Positions 47,517 to 57,932 of a stretch of DNA of 64,000 bases are shown here, in pieces (positions within the stretch are counted from its first letter, which is position 1; each line of letters begins with the position of its first letter). Both the position numbers and the translations under genes were made by a program. The notes under the pieces were generated by a model, which was not told where the DNA came from, searched no databases, and saw only the letters and a program-made list of their open reading frames with translations. This DNA comes from a virus: IMG/VR virus record IMGVR_UViG_3300009149_006183, positions 28,304-92,303 of that record; one strand, 5' to 3'.

Positions 47517-48704
47517 TTAAAAACTTTCGACTATTAAACTATTTTCTTTTTTAACAATATCGATGGCTTCCTCTATCTTTTTCAAGAAACTTTTTCTTTT
47601 TATCGTCTTAGCTACACTTGCAATAGTATTCTTCATTTTCAGGAACTCTCCTTCATTATGTTTTTTAATGTGAGAAATTTTTTTAATAATTTTTGACAAA
47701 TGTTGTGGAGATACAATATAATATTCTTCTTCCAACGACCCTATATAGGTATTCCCATCAACGAAAAACCGATAATTCTCAGGCAATAGGTCTACTATCT
47801 CTTTTAATGCCCCGACAGGAGCAACCACAGGTATGCATCCAGAGGCCATAGACTCAATTAGAGAAATTGCAGTTGCAGATCTGACCGAAACATCAATAAA
47901 AATATCAGAGTTGTTGTACAAATTGTTTAATTCTTCTTCTGTAGCTCCATCATTTAAACCAACAAAATTCTCTGGGAATTTAACGATATCGTTAACATCA
48001 TATCTATTCTTTAATAGATTAAGATCGTAATCTCCAGTATCATAGAGGTTTGTATGTAAATATAAATTAAAATCATTATTTAAGAATTGAGAACTGTTTA
48101 GTATTGAGCCGATTCCTGATGCTTGAGAATTTTTAGCGCAAGAAATTATATTTAATTTTTCATTATTCGGACTATTTTTATAGAAGAATATAGATTCGTC
48201 TATTCCTACATATGCAAAAGAATTCGCAACAGGGGATAACTCCGAAACCATTTTTTCAGATTTTTTAGTAGTATGGACTACATAATCTATATAATTAAAG
48301 ATATCGTTATAAGTATCTTTGATTGGCCCGGCATTCAGAGTGAAAACGTGAATCCATTTAAATTTTGTAGGGTTGAGCGTTTTAATCGCAAAAACGGCGT
48401 CTATTTCAATATAATCGCCGAGGGATATTACTAATTCAGGTTTAACTTTCTGGAAAATCTCATAAAGCTGGGGAGAAGCTAACTGCGGATTTTGACTAAT
48501 ATAGGGAAGTAGTTGACAAATTCTTTTCCCGTTTTTTTCATAAAAATAATGCCCCTGATCATCAGCGGAAAACCATTTTAAATCATGATCCCAAACAGCA
48601 GAATAAAGTGTATGTTTTTTATAGAAATTAAATATAATATCTGAATGGAGTCTGCCTAATTTTGTTAATAAATAGGGACTTGCACTTATTGTTAGTATTC
48701 TCAT
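47517..48704 (-). CDS. Glycosyltransferase, GT4-like, within the virion genes
   Basis: LNNLYNNSDIFIDVSVRSATAISLIESMASGCIPVV; the usual first Glu of E-x7-E appears to be replaced. Confidence 0.75.
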   Translation of the reverse strand: MRILTISASPYLLTKLGRLHSDIIFNFYKKHTLYSAVWDHDLKWFSADDQGHYFYEKNGKRICQLLPYISQNPQLASPQLYEIFQKVKPELVISLGDYIEIDAVFAIKTLNPTKFKWIHVFTLNAGPIKDTYNDIFNYIDYVVHTTKKSEKMVSELSPVANSFAYVGIDESIFFYKNSPNNEKLNIISCAKNSQASGIGSILNSSQFLNNDFNLYLHTNLYDTGDYDLNLLKNRYDVNDIVKFPENFVGLNDGATEEELNNLYNNSDIFIDVSVRSATAISLIESMASGCIPVVAPVGALKEIVDLLPENYRFFVDGNTYIGSLEEEYYIVSPQHLSKIIKKISHIKKHNEGEFLKMKNTIASVAKTIKRKSFLKKIEEAIDIVKKENSLIVESF

Positions 48705-48713
48705 ATTGTCCTT

Positions 48714-49631
48714 TTAGCTAAGGCTAACGTCGATAGGAGCCTCTAAATGAAGCTCTTCCTCGCTCGCTGTCCAACTTATTTTAGCTCCTTTTAAAAGAGT
48801 CCCTTTAAAAATGGTTCCATATTGTATATTCTCAGGCCATGAGTTATATATAAGACGGCGAACGCTTATTAGCTTAGCACTGTCATCAACATCATAATCA
48901 AAACATACAGGGGTTACTAATTTTACCGTTGTGGGGTCAATAACTTCTTCAATTCTAAATTCTTCTGCTTTATAGGCGTCTTCTAAAATAGCCCGGCCCA
49001 AGCCACCGTTACCCGGATCAAAAATTGATGAATCTGCAACTTTTAAGAAGATATCTCCAGAAACGGCATCCGATGTTAAAGCAGATGTTTCATATGGTCC
49101 GACTAATGGCATAATATTTTGCTTTAATCCTCGTTGAATAATGTCTGTTACCCGAAGAAGGAATCTATAAGCATCCTCTTGTACGCCAGATTTTACATAT
49201 ATATTTAATTCCAATTTATAAGTTTCTCTAGTACTATCTAGTGTCATCCATTCAGAATCTCTAGATGTGGCGTGTATAGTTATTGCCGGGAACATTGGAA
49301 TTGGATCTGGTTCTCCCAGATATATTCCCTGTATAAAATTACCATAAAAAGCTTTTGCTACAATCGCATTTTCTAATGTCGTCCAGTTATATGAGATAGC
49401 GGAAGTTAGTTGTATATGCGTTGTGTCTAATATCTCATCAATAATTAAATATGTTTCTGCTCCTTTACTTGTACTATAAATAGTTATCTCGTCGCCCTGC
49501 TTAAACCTTTTTGTATTGTTTACATTAAGGACCGCATCCCCAGGAACGGCGTCAGCTATCAACGGAGTAGTAGTCGCCGTCCACTGAGCAACAATTCTTC
49601 TAACACTATCTAAAATCTCTTCAGTTGCCAT
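48714..49631 (-). CDS. Tail terminator/neck-like protein with two inserted beta modules
   Basis: IYLGEP...FPAITI...YKLELNIYV core; position upstream of the tail tube. Confidence 0.55.
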   Translation of the reverse strand: MATEEILDSVRRIVAQWTATTTPLIADAVPGDAVLNVNNTKRFKQGDEITIYSTSKGAETYLIIDEILDTTHIQLTSAISYNWTTLENAIVAKAFYGNFIQGIYLGEPDPIPMFPAITIHATSRDSEWMTLDSTRETYKLELNIYVKSGVQEDAYRFLLRVTDIIQRGLKQNIMPLVGPYETSALTSDAVSGDIFLKVADSSIFDPGNGGLGRAILEDAYKAEEFRIEEVIDPTTVKLVTPVCFDYDVDDSAKLISVRRLIYNSWPENIQYGTIFKGTLLKGAKISWTASEEELHLEAPIDVSLS

Positions 49632-49926
49632 AAACAAAACCTTTACTCTTGTTCTTTAATATATCTCTTTCAACGCGTTCAATTTTTTCTTCGTCTTGTG
49701 CAGATATCTTATCGCCAGTTTTTCTTGCTTTTATATATTCAGCTTCGTCTATCGCTTCTTGTTTTGAATCACTAAATCGGGTTTCATCAATTGGAATATC
49801 AGTATTTGTTAATTCTCCGTCTTCAACTAGAGTTTCACCATCAATTGAGTCTAAAGACACAACAGATTCCATCATCTTTTTGATAAAATCCCCCAAACCG
49901 CTTTCTACCCTTACGCCATCAGTCAT
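49621..49926 (-). CDS. Hypothetical acidic protein
   Basis: 101-aa ORF in the operon. Confidence 0.6.
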   Translation of the reverse strand: MTDGVRVESGLGDFIKKMMESVVSLDSIDGETLVEDGELTNTDIPIDETRFSDSKQEAIDEAEYIKARKTGDKISAQDEEKIERVERDILKNKSKGFVYGN

Positions 49927-49928
49927 TT

Positions 49929-50654
49929 TTATACCTCATCTACGTTATTGTCGCTGATTTCTACATTTGGAAGTCCATATCTATCATCCAAATTAGAATT
50001 ATAAAATCTATTTCCTATTCTTTTTTGAGCATGAAGTATTGTTCGCCCATTAAGGATATTATTAAGATCTCCCCTTGCCAGTTTACGAAGCATTTTTCCA
50101 TATTCTGACTCATTCGGAGTTGATTCTGCCATAAAATATTTTTCATAAATATTTGCGGCAGCTTTTCTTGCAGAGACGAGGGGAATTGGATTTGGGTACG
50201 CAACTCTTATAATCCTTGTAACCACTGCGTCAAAATCATATTGAACTGGCAATTCTGTAGAGAAAATATTGCTATTTATATTATCAACAATTGTTTCTAT
50301 TACATGTCTCTCTTCATGTTCCCCATCAGTTAAAATAATATTATCGCCAGGATAAAAAGGACATCTATTTGTTGTTATTACATAGTCATTATATTCATCT
50401 ATATCTGAATATAGAACTGTCTCGAAATTAGAAAATTCGCATAATGGCGTGACATATAATTCACTTATAACAGAATCTATTTCGGAATCGGCCCACTGTA
50501 TATATTGTTCGATAATATTCTCTGGAATAAGATTAGAATCTAATGTATTGCCGATCTTTAATAAATCAACAGTTGTCCCTATACTTTCTGGAGTACTGCT
50601 CGTTAAAGTCTGAGATATAATTTTCTCAATTAAAGTTGTATTTGAATATCCCAC
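49929..50654 (-). CDS. Head-tail adaptor/neck protein (Mu gp36/DUF1320-like) with inserted module
   Basis: MGYS...YIQWADSEIDSVISELYVTPL...PIPLVSARKAA...LNNILNG; GTG start. Confidence 0.6.
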   Translation of the reverse strand: MGYSNTTLIEKIISQTLTSSTPESIGTTVDLLKIGNTLDSNLIPENIIEQYIQWADSEIDSVISELYVTPLCEFSNFETVLYSDIDEYNDYVITTNRCPFYPGDNIILTDGEHEERHVIETIVDNINSNIFSTELPVQYDFDAVVTRIIRVAYPNPIPLVSARKAAANIYEKYFMAESTPNESEYGKMLRKLARGDLNNILNGRTILHAQKRIGNRFYNSNLDDRYGLPNVEISDNNVDEV

Positions 50655-50657
50655 GTA

Positions 50658-51734
50658 TTATTCTCCTAGTATTGCTGACAACTCGTCTTCTGTAGCTTTT
50701 GCTATTTTTTTCTGTGTTATAATTGCCTGCGTTAAACATCCTTTAACAACAGAATTTCTAGGATCAGAAGAAACTCTTATATCTTTAATCTTAAACGGCA
50801 ATTTCAAACCTCTTACTACTTCTTCCACTTTTAACTGAAATCCTTTCGGCATACTTGTTCCCCCAGCGATGACGATATCTAATGGAGCATCAAATTCACT
50901 ATCTACCTCAACAAATTTCTTAGAAAAATGCTTAAAAACGTTTTCTATCATAACTCCATAATAAATATTTAATGCGTATAAAATATCATCATCTTCTGGT
51001 AAATTGGTAAAATCCAGTTCTCTTTCCTTTTTAGAGGTTACTTGAGCAAGCGGTACTCCTAGCTGCTCTGACACTTTTTGGTCAATCCAATCTCCACTTT
51101 TTTTCATAGACATACCTAAAATTTGTAATCCTTTATATGCTAAAACGCAATTTATTTTTCCTGCTCCGAAACTTATCCCAAATCCGCTATATGGAGCTTC
51201 TTTTCCATCACTCTCTACTACGGTTGGACGTTCTGCTAAAATAACAGCAAGCCCCTCTTCAATAATTTTTACATTCCATCCCAATCTCTTAAACATTCCT
51301 GTTAATCTTGCCTTATGAAAAGCGCTATCAACAGAACCATCAATAGAAGGGGAAGAGATACACGCACAGACAACCGATTTAGAGTCTGTAGGGCTACCCA
51401 GAGAGAGTTTAATCATTTCAGAGAGGACTAGCATCTTGCTAGGTTCATCTTTGTTTAAAACGCCATCCTGTAACGGACGACGAAGATCCACCTTGCCAGG
51501 AAACAACTTTGCTACTCGTAGAGAGTCTTCTCCTAAAACAAAATATTTCCCATCACCCTTAAGATATTGCCAAGAATTTTGCTTTAATACATCTTCAATA
51601 TCGTCAGTCTCTTCAATCTGGACAAACGCATTTCTTATTGTATTGAATTTTATCTCGTTTTGTTCTTTTTGCTCTGCTGTCTGAAAAAACATCGTTCCGA
51701 CATCGCAAGACACTGCTCTGCTCTTATCACTCAT
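50658..51734 (-). CDS. Actin-like ATPase (MreB/ParM/Alp superfamily)
   Basis: Phosphate-1 CDVGTM, connect-1 IIEEGLA, phosphate-2 ISFGAGKIN, adenosine IAGGTS, connect-2 PRNSVVKG. Confidence 0.85.
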   Translation of the reverse strand: MSDKSRAVSCDVGTMFFQTAEQKEQNEIKFNTIRNAFVQIEETDDIEDVLKQNSWQYLKGDGKYFVLGEDSLRVAKLFPGKVDLRRPLQDGVLNKDEPSKMLVLSEMIKLSLGSPTDSKSVVCACISSPSIDGSVDSAFHKARLTGMFKRLGWNVKIIEEGLAVILAERPTVVESDGKEAPYSGFGISFGAGKINCVLAYKGLQILGMSMKKSGDWIDQKVSEQLGVPLAQVTSKKERELDFTNLPEDDDILYALNIYYGVMIENVFKHFSKKFVEVDSEFDAPLDIVIAGGTSMPKGFQLKVEEVVRGLKLPFKIKDIRVSSDPRNSVVKGCLTQAIITQKKIAKATEDELSAILGE

Positions 51735-51813
51735 AATTTACTCCAATAGTTAAAAGATTATATTGTATATATCGGAAGATATCCGAATAAATTAAATAAA
51801 AATCATAGATATG

Positions 51814-52365
51814 CTATAGCATCTGACTAAGCTCATCAATGTTGTCTGATAGCTTAGAGTCTTTAATTTCTTCTTCGCTTGTTAATTTCGAACCCAATAT
51901 ATCTTTAGACATTGTATTTAAAGACCGCGAGTGAATATCGACTAATTGACTTTGCTCGATATCCTCCTCGGCGGAAGAATGTCCTACACTTTGGTTATTT
52001 CGAACGAGTTTTTGCATCATCTCTAGCATTTCTGATATCTGAGCATTATTCGTGTTTTGAGATGAATTTATTTTTTTATCAATTTCTTTTTCTAACAAAA
52101 TTTTAATATCTTTAAGTAGCCCGTCTTTATCAAAAGATTCTTTTATAAATATCTCTTTTTCTTTTTCTTTTATAATATTTTTAGAATCTTCTTGATGCAG
52201 TATTTTAATGGCCCCATGACGCTTTGCTCTTTGAAGATCTTTCGATTGTTCGGGCGGTATTTGAGTTTTTATTTTATGTAAGTCAATAGCTTGCCTAGCA
52301 CTTAGAGTCAACCCTAAATCGCCAATAACTATCTCTTTTCTACTTGCGTTGGCTATTAAAAACAT
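51814..52365 (-). CDS. Hypothetical protein
   Basis: 183 aa with a coiled-coil C-terminal half. Confidence 0.65.
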   Translation of the reverse strand: MFLIANASRKEIVIGDLGLTLSARQAIDLHKIKTQIPPEQSKDLQRAKRHGAIKILHQEDSKNIIKEKEKEIFIKESFDKDGLLKDIKILLEKEIDKKINSSQNTNNAQISEMLEMMQKLVRNNQSVGHSSAEEDIEQSQLVDIHSRSLNTMSKDILGSKLTSEEEIKDSKLSDNIDELSQML

Positions 52366-52539
52366 TTATTTCAATCTAATTCTGGGCAGCTTTTCTGGCC
52401 GCGCTTGAATAACTATTTTATTATCTTTTTTACATGATGGACAAACAAAGAAAATAGAACCATCATTAAAATTGATCTCCATAGTGGTCTTATCGTCTGA
52501 ATGGGCCAAACAGTGCTGACATACGCAATATATTTTCAT
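52366..52539 (-). CDS. Small zinc-ribbon protein (57 aa, not in ORF track)
   Basis: MKIYCVCQHC...FVCPSCKKDNKI...LPRIRLK; fills the gap between its neighbours exactly. Confidence 0.75.
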   Translation of the reverse strand: MKIYCVCQHCLAHSDDKTTMEINFNDGSIFFVCPSCKKDNKIVIQARPEKLPRIRLK

Positions 52540-52541
52540 TA

Positions 52542-55385
52542 TTATTTCATAATTAATCTAATTTTACTTAGATCATCTCTAATGACCTGTTGTATTGTTC
52601 TATCTACTTCTACTGGATTTTTTGATGCTCGTTTAATAATATCTCTTCTTATCTCTGTTAACTTAGAAATTTTTATTAGCATATTATTATATATCGCATT
52701 TGCTACCGGATATTTGTGCGAGGCTAATTTCTCCATAATTTCTTCAGGAATTGGCTTATAGCCAGCAATCATTTGAAGAATGTCTCTCGCCTCTAATGAC
52801 ACGCCGAAAAGAGCTTTAATTTTTCTATTTTCTCCTAATTTCGGGACAACGGGTTTTTCTCCTCGACCGAACTCACCCAACAATGAAGAGTGATACCCGA
52901 TAAACATTAAGTAATTCTGTCTGGCTCTTTCGAAATCCGCTATAGCTTTTCTTTTTTGCTCACCTGTAACCGAAGGGCTTGCAAGCTGTTTATTTAGTTT
53001 ATTTACTCCTTGGGCTACGGAGATTAAAGAATCTGCCGCCAAGTAGCTCCAAATAACCAACATACTCTCATCTAATTTTCTCGGCTGTTGACCCGGATTC
53101 TCAGATCGTTTAAAAAATTCATTTTCTAGCACATTTAAGGGAGATTGTCCAGAGGCTTTGGGTTTAGTCATTGTATTCGATTGCCTAGCCGTCATTTTTA
53201 TAAAATTAGGATCAGATAAGAATGACTGGAAAGCCTCTGTCTTAAAAACAGGATTCATCTCACTTACTCTTTGTCGTATCAAAGACGCGCTCTGCGGATT
53301 ATCAACATTTATATTCATCTCTTTGATTAGAGACTGTACTGCCATTTTCATTCTAAGAAGATTCATATAATTATTATAAAAACTTTGTTTTCCAACTATT
53401 CCACTAAATTGAGTGTCTATGTCAAATTCTCCAACCGTTCCATCAGCTAATTGCATTTTTACTCTACTCGGGGCCTTGTTCCAAACCACTTCTCCATCTT
53501 TATTATATACTCGATCTTTTGATGCCTGATATTTACCACTCTCATATTGGAACAGTTCTTTAGATTGTTGCTTAAATAATTCTAATTTAAGTCTAATTTT
53601 TTCTACCATTAAATAATCTTTAGGATCTGTAATACCGGCGGATAAGTTTTCCCAAACACTTTCCATAAAATCTTTCATCATTGTCGCACTAGTCCCGAAA
53701 GACGCTTGATTCTCTTTTAGGGAAAATTGTTTTGGCTTATCTCTATTAACTAAAGAACCCGGAGTCTCCTGCCCAAAATCGGAAACCTCTTGGATATTTC
53801 CACTATCATCCTCAGTCGCTGGAGCCTGTCTCTCTCTCAATTTGTCGCCAGACTTAGATCTCTCCCTCTCGCCCACTTCATAACGCGTGAGATACTGGGC
53901 TTCTTTATAGATCGGATCTAGCATGCGAGAATCCCGACTATTAATTAGTTTATTTAATTGGACAATTAGCGGTTTTGATAGATTGCTTTGTGCCAGCAAT
54001 GCGGCTTTCGTAACGTCATATATAACCTTTTGCTCCGGCCTAATTTGTTGCCTATCTCTAAGTGTTTCTACGAAAGCCTTTTCCATCTCTATCCATTCAG
54101 GATATAACTCTACTGGGACTAGATTTGGAGCATCAGTAAAGAACTTAAGCCTAAAATCGGTAGTTTTATTTGGATCAACAGAATCGGAACGCGGGTCATA
54201 CCTTTCTTTAATTGATAAGGCATTCATCAGATTCCTATAAAAAGCGCCGACAATTTCATCAGGGTGTACATCGATATGGTATCGAGCTTTTATATCTAAG
54301 GCCGTATATCTAAGATGTTTTTTGAAAAGTGGATTTTTAACCAGATTGTTTACGCCAAAAGTACTTAACATCTTGTCAGATTGCGGGGTAATCCTATATA
54401 TATTTTGAATAGCCATTGATTTTCCGCCTATTTCATAAGAAATAGGGAACTGCGAAAAATCTTCTTCAGTAAGTTCTTCTACTGTCTCTGGCAAGATTAT
54501 TGATCGGCCACGCTCTTCAGCACTAGCAGGGGTTTCTCCTTGCTCTTTATTTTCTTCTTCCTCTTGTATCTGGGGTGGTGTTTCCTCAAAATCTTCGTCT
54601 TCCGGTGTTTCTACCATCGTGTCTACTTTGCCTGGCTGAGTCATAACTGGTTCGTTTTTTAAAGCTTCGCCTTGCTTCTCTAACAATCCATCGATAATAT
54701 CAACTAGCAGAAGCATAGCATCTCTCTTAGTTTTCTGCCCAGACTGTATCTCTGCATTTATGCGACTGATTATCGGATTTAATTGATCTACTCCATTTTG
54801 GAGCAACCCCTTTCCGATAGCATACTGGCTTATCTCTTGAATATCTTTATCAGTAATAAGAGAGAGATTGTCAGTTACCTGTTGTGCCGTTTTTTTTGCG
54901 GAGGTTTGCCCAGCCATTGCCCCCATCGCTGGTGACATCTTTTTTGCTTCTGTTTCTTGAGTTATGAGTAATCCTTCTATATAGTCTTTAATTTCTTTTT
55001 TAGCGTCTTTTTTCGCCTTGAGCCCCATATTAACTTCTTTATTGATAGAATCCATCACGGCGGCTAAAAAGTTAACGTACTGCCCTCCAAGACCCTGTTC
55101 TATCGCATCTTTCTCCATAGCCTCGATTTCAAAATGAGAAAAACCCAGAACATCTTCTGATCCAAGTTGAACTGGCGTCTCGGTTTCGAGATCATACTCG
55201 TGAAAATCTTCGAAATCATCTACTTCGGTATCCATGTAGGGAGCATCGGACTCCTCGATTTCTCTTTGAGCAATTTTTTTAAGTACATCGGACATCGAGT
55301 TCATATCAAAATAATTATTTTTATTTGCCACGTTCTTGGCTCCTAATTTAGTCACAAAAAGATTACTTAAGAATGAGTTCATCAA
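52542..55385 (-). CDS. Large hypothetical protein, possibly an internal virion protein
   Basis: 947 aa with acidic/low-complexity linkers and several K-x-A motifs; start codon uncertain. Confidence 0.7.
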   Translation of the reverse strand: MMNSFLSNLFVTKLGAKNVANKNNYFDMNSMSDVLKKIAQREIEESDAPYMDTEVDDFEDFHEYDLETETPVQLGSEDVLGFSHFEIEAMEKDAIEQGLGGQYVNFLAAVMDSINKEVNMGLKAKKDAKKEIKDYIEGLLITQETEAKKMSPAMGAMAGQTSAKKTAQQVTDNLSLITDKDIQEISQYAIGKGLLQNGVDQLNPIISRINAEIQSGQKTKRDAMLLLVDIIDGLLEKQGEALKNEPVMTQPGKVDTMVETPEDEDFEETPPQIQEEEENKEQGETPASAEERGRSIILPETVEELTEEDFSQFPISYEIGGKSMAIQNIYRITPQSDKMLSTFGVNNLVKNPLFKKHLRYTALDIKARYHIDVHPDEIVGAFYRNLMNALSIKERYDPRSDSVDPNKTTDFRLKFFTDAPNLVPVELYPEWIEMEKAFVETLRDRQQIRPEQKVIYDVTKAALLAQSNLSKPLIVQLNKLINSRDSRMLDPIYKEAQYLTRYEVGERERSKSGDKLRERQAPATEDDSGNIQEVSDFGQETPGSLVNRDKPKQFSLKENQASFGTSATMMKDFMESVWENLSAGITDPKDYLMVEKIRLKLELFKQQSKELFQYESGKYQASKDRVYNKDGEVVWNKAPSRVKMQLADGTVGEFDIDTQFSGIVGKQSFYNNYMNLLRMKMAVQSLIKEMNINVDNPQSASLIRQRVSEMNPVFKTEAFQSFLSDPNFIKMTARQSNTMTKPKASGQSPLNVLENEFFKRSENPGQQPRKLDESMLVIWSYLAADSLISVAQGVNKLNKQLASPSVTGEQKRKAIADFERARQNYLMFIGYHSSLLGEFGRGEKPVVPKLGENRKIKALFGVSLEARDILQMIAGYKPIPEEIMEKLASHKYPVANAIYNNMLIKISKLTEIRRDIIKRASKNPVEVDRTIQQVIRDDLSKIRLIMK

Positions 55386-55413
55386 ATCTAGAATAAATCC
55401 TTTTGATAATCTG

Positions 55414-57120
55414 TTATTTTTTATTGTACCTAGCTTCTATTTCTCTAATAATTTGATGCCTAACAATACTTTTTTCTGTCAATTGACAAATGCCAACATT
55501 TGCTAAATCTGAAAATCTAGAAATGGCATCTTGTAAACCATTCTCTTCAGGAATATCAGATTGATGTAAGTCGCCAGTTACAATGATTTTAGATTCATTT
55601 TGAAGGCGAGTTAAGAACATTCTCATCTGTTTAGGAATCGTATTTTGAAACTCATCCCCAATCACAATTGCGTTTTTAAAATTTATTCCTCTCTGGAACG
55701 CCAGCGGGATTGTCATAATACTTTTTTCTCTCAAAAGTTTATTCAAGTGGTCTTCTGTTATAACTTCCAGCATAAAACTTATTATAGGAAACATGTATGG
55801 AGCTAATTTCTCATCCGCATCTCCCGGCAAAAACCCTAATTTCTCGCCATAAGCTTCTACCGCAGGACGAGTTATTATAATTTTATCATATCTCCCTTTA
55901 CTCCATTCACTTAAAGCCCACATAACCGCCAAAAAACTATTATGCGTAATAACACAATTGTTAGTTAAATATAAATTCTCTTTACTGTCCAAGCAAATAC
56001 ATTGAGCTAAAGTCTTTCTACTTTTTTCTATTTTTGAGATTACTCTTTTTACTTTATATTTTGTTCTTTCACGGGTTTTATCTTTTTTCCTTTGCAAATT
56101 AAACAACTCGCTAGGGTTATTATATCTAATAAAACATCTGTAAGCCTTTCGCCCTCTCTTTTTTTCTCCCTTGTAGGTATATGACGGGAACCTTTCTTTT
56201 ATTACACAGAGCCCCCCTAGCGACTCAACAACGTCTTTAACATCAAAAGCCAATTGGTGAGAAGTAGTTGTAAAACCAATCTGACCGCCCCTTTCCACAT
56301 AGCCATCAGAGTCAAATAATCCCCTTAAAATATTAACCCTGGCACTCCTGAGATTATATTTATAATTATTTGGAATAAATTTCTCATAAGAGTATTTTTT
56401 ATATAAACCATATTTTTCCAACTTATCATTATAATAGTTCCTCTCCATACTTTTATTCTTTCTACAAATAGAATAACCAAATTTATGATTTAATTTGTGA
56501 ATTTCATAATTTTCCTTAACGGTCATATACTGCAAAACCTCACTATCATTTGTATAAAATTGAGGAGCTGCACCTTTTAGCATTCCATCGCCAATTAAAA
56601 ATCCTAATAAATATGGATCTATATCAACTTCCTGTTCGCTAAAATGAACCTCTTCTGGTTGCCTTATTGAGAACTTTTTATAACCAGCAGGAGACTTGTA
56701 ATTGTCTATAATCCATTCTAAATCATAAACCTTTTCAGATTTCCACCACTTACAATTTATTTTCCATAAATGTTCTTTACAAGATTCAACACTATCTCCA
56801 TCAGAAAATGTAATTTTATAAATTTGTTTTTCGCCTTGGGGATAAACGGCCAAAACCTTTGCTGAAGAACCGTCTGGTGTGCAAACATCATCCCCGACCT
56901 TTATTTCTCTCATTTCTTTTGGCCCGTAAGGGGTATAAACCAAAGAATCTAATGGTTGTGCTTTGCCCGTTCCTGGGGGTCCATATACAAATGTTATACA
57001 ATTTTCACTAAATGATTTTAGAACCTCTTTTTGTTCATCTGTTTTTGCAGTGGGACTGCATTTGATATATCGTTTATTATTACAATTTGCATCAATACCG
57101 TTCCCATTGTTTTTAGACAA
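55414..57120 (-). CDS. phoH: PhoH-family ATPase, intein-containing
   Basis: GPPGTGK/S, IIITRPAVE, LGFLPGD, RGINF, DEFQN, LTRL, TGDLHQSD, IVRH. Confidence 0.92.
   Translation of the reverse strand: MSKNNGNGIDANCNNKRYIKCSPTAKTDEQKEVLKSFSENCITFVYGPPGTGKAQPLDSLVYTPYGPKEMREIKVGDDVCTPDGSSAKVLAVYPQGEKQIYKITFSDGDSVESCKEHLWKINCKWWKSEKVYDLEWIIDNYKSPAGYKKFSIRQPEEVHFSEQEVDIDPYLLGFLIGDGMLKGAAPQFYTNDSEVLQYMTVKENYEIHKLNHKFGYSICRKNKSMERNYYNDKLEKYGLYKKYSYEKFIPNNYKYNLRSARVNILRGLFDSDGYVERGGQIGFTTTSHQLAFDVKDVVESLGGLCVIKERFPSYTYKGEKKRGRKAYRCFIRYNNPSELFNLQRKKDKTRERTKYKVKRVISKIEKSRKTLAQCICLDSKENLYLTNNCVITHNSFLAVMWALSEWSKGRYDKIIITRPAVEAYGEKLGFLPGDADEKLAPYMFPIISFMLEVITEDHLNKLLREKSIMTIPLAFQRGINFKNAIVIGDEFQNTIPKQMRMFLTRLQNESKIIVTGDLHQSDIPEENGLQDAISRFSDLANVGICQLTEKSIVRHQIIREIEARYNKK
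55939..56961 (-). mobile_element. Class 3 intein (Ala1, WCT triad) with LAGLIDADG endonuclease, in the PhoH P-loop
   Basis: Starts AQPLDS; block B EHLW, block F AQCI, block G VITHN followed by S; YLLGFLIGDG and LRGLFDSDG. 341 aa. Confidence 0.88.
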
Positions 57121-57133
57121 ATTATATATTCTC

Positions 57134-57529
57134 CTATTTATGTTTTAAAAGCATGCGTGAATTATCAAGAGTCTCGACAGTAATACCCCCAAAAATATAA
57201 AAAGTGTGATAGCGATTGAAATCTTGAAATAAATCTTTTATAAAAGTCCATTTATTTTTGTCTATCGTATGGCTTTTGCCGCTAATGACTTTTGATCTTA
57301 TTGACAATAAATCTATATTATAATTTTTCGTTAAGTCATCGAGTATTTTATCAAGAGTATTCCGCATAAATAGGTCTTCCCAGCCGCCAGACTGGTATAG
57401 TCCTTGCAAGAATTTTTGTTGGTCATTAGATAGACTATTGAATATGACATCTCTTTGTTCTTTATTTAGGTTCTTAACAAAATGCCAATACTCTGTAAAA
57501 TCTTTAAAAACAATCTTTTCTGTTGACAT
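57134..57529 (-). CDS. Hypothetical protein
   Basis: 131-aa ORF in the operon. Confidence 0.65.
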   Translation of the reverse strand: MSTEKIVFKDFTEYWHFVKNLNKEQRDVIFNSLSNDQQKFLQGLYQSGGWEDLFMRNTLDKILDDLTKNYNIDLLSIRSKVISGKSHTIDKNKWTFIKDLFQDFNRYHTFYIFGGITVETLDNSRMLLKHK

Positions 57530-57531
57530 TA

Positions 57532-57870
57532 TTAACTCACTCCTTTGTCTGTGATTAAAGTTCCATGAGAAGCAAAAGCCGTGTCAACAACTCTTATTTC
57601 GCCATTAGATAAAATAAATGAGTTTTTTTTATCCAATGTATTACTTAACCATTTCCATACCATCAATTTCTGGATAAAAATCCCCTCTCCAGATAAAATT
57701 TCCATCTTTCTGGCCTTCGGCATTTGTTGAAGTAGAGGATGTTCTCCTTTAGTAATTAAATTACGCAAAAAAGGAGAAGGTATGAAGTATAACCTTACAT
57801 TATCTTTCATAATAAGTGCTTTAATTTTGGGCAAGTTCTGCTGTATCGTAGGATCTGATGGTGATAACAT
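57532..57870 (-). CDS. Hypothetical protein
   Basis: 112-aa ORF with SD. Confidence 0.65.
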   Translation of the reverse strand: MLSPSDPTIQQNLPKIKALIMKDNVRLYFIPSPFLRNLITKGEHPLLQQMPKARKMEILSGEGIFIQKLMVWKWLSNTLDKKNSFILSNGEIRVVDTAFASHGTLITDKGVS

Positions 57871-57932
57871 TTTTAATTCTCTTTCCTTATTCTAACTATC
57901 TTTTTTATCGGAAAGGTCCGTCATACTCTTAA

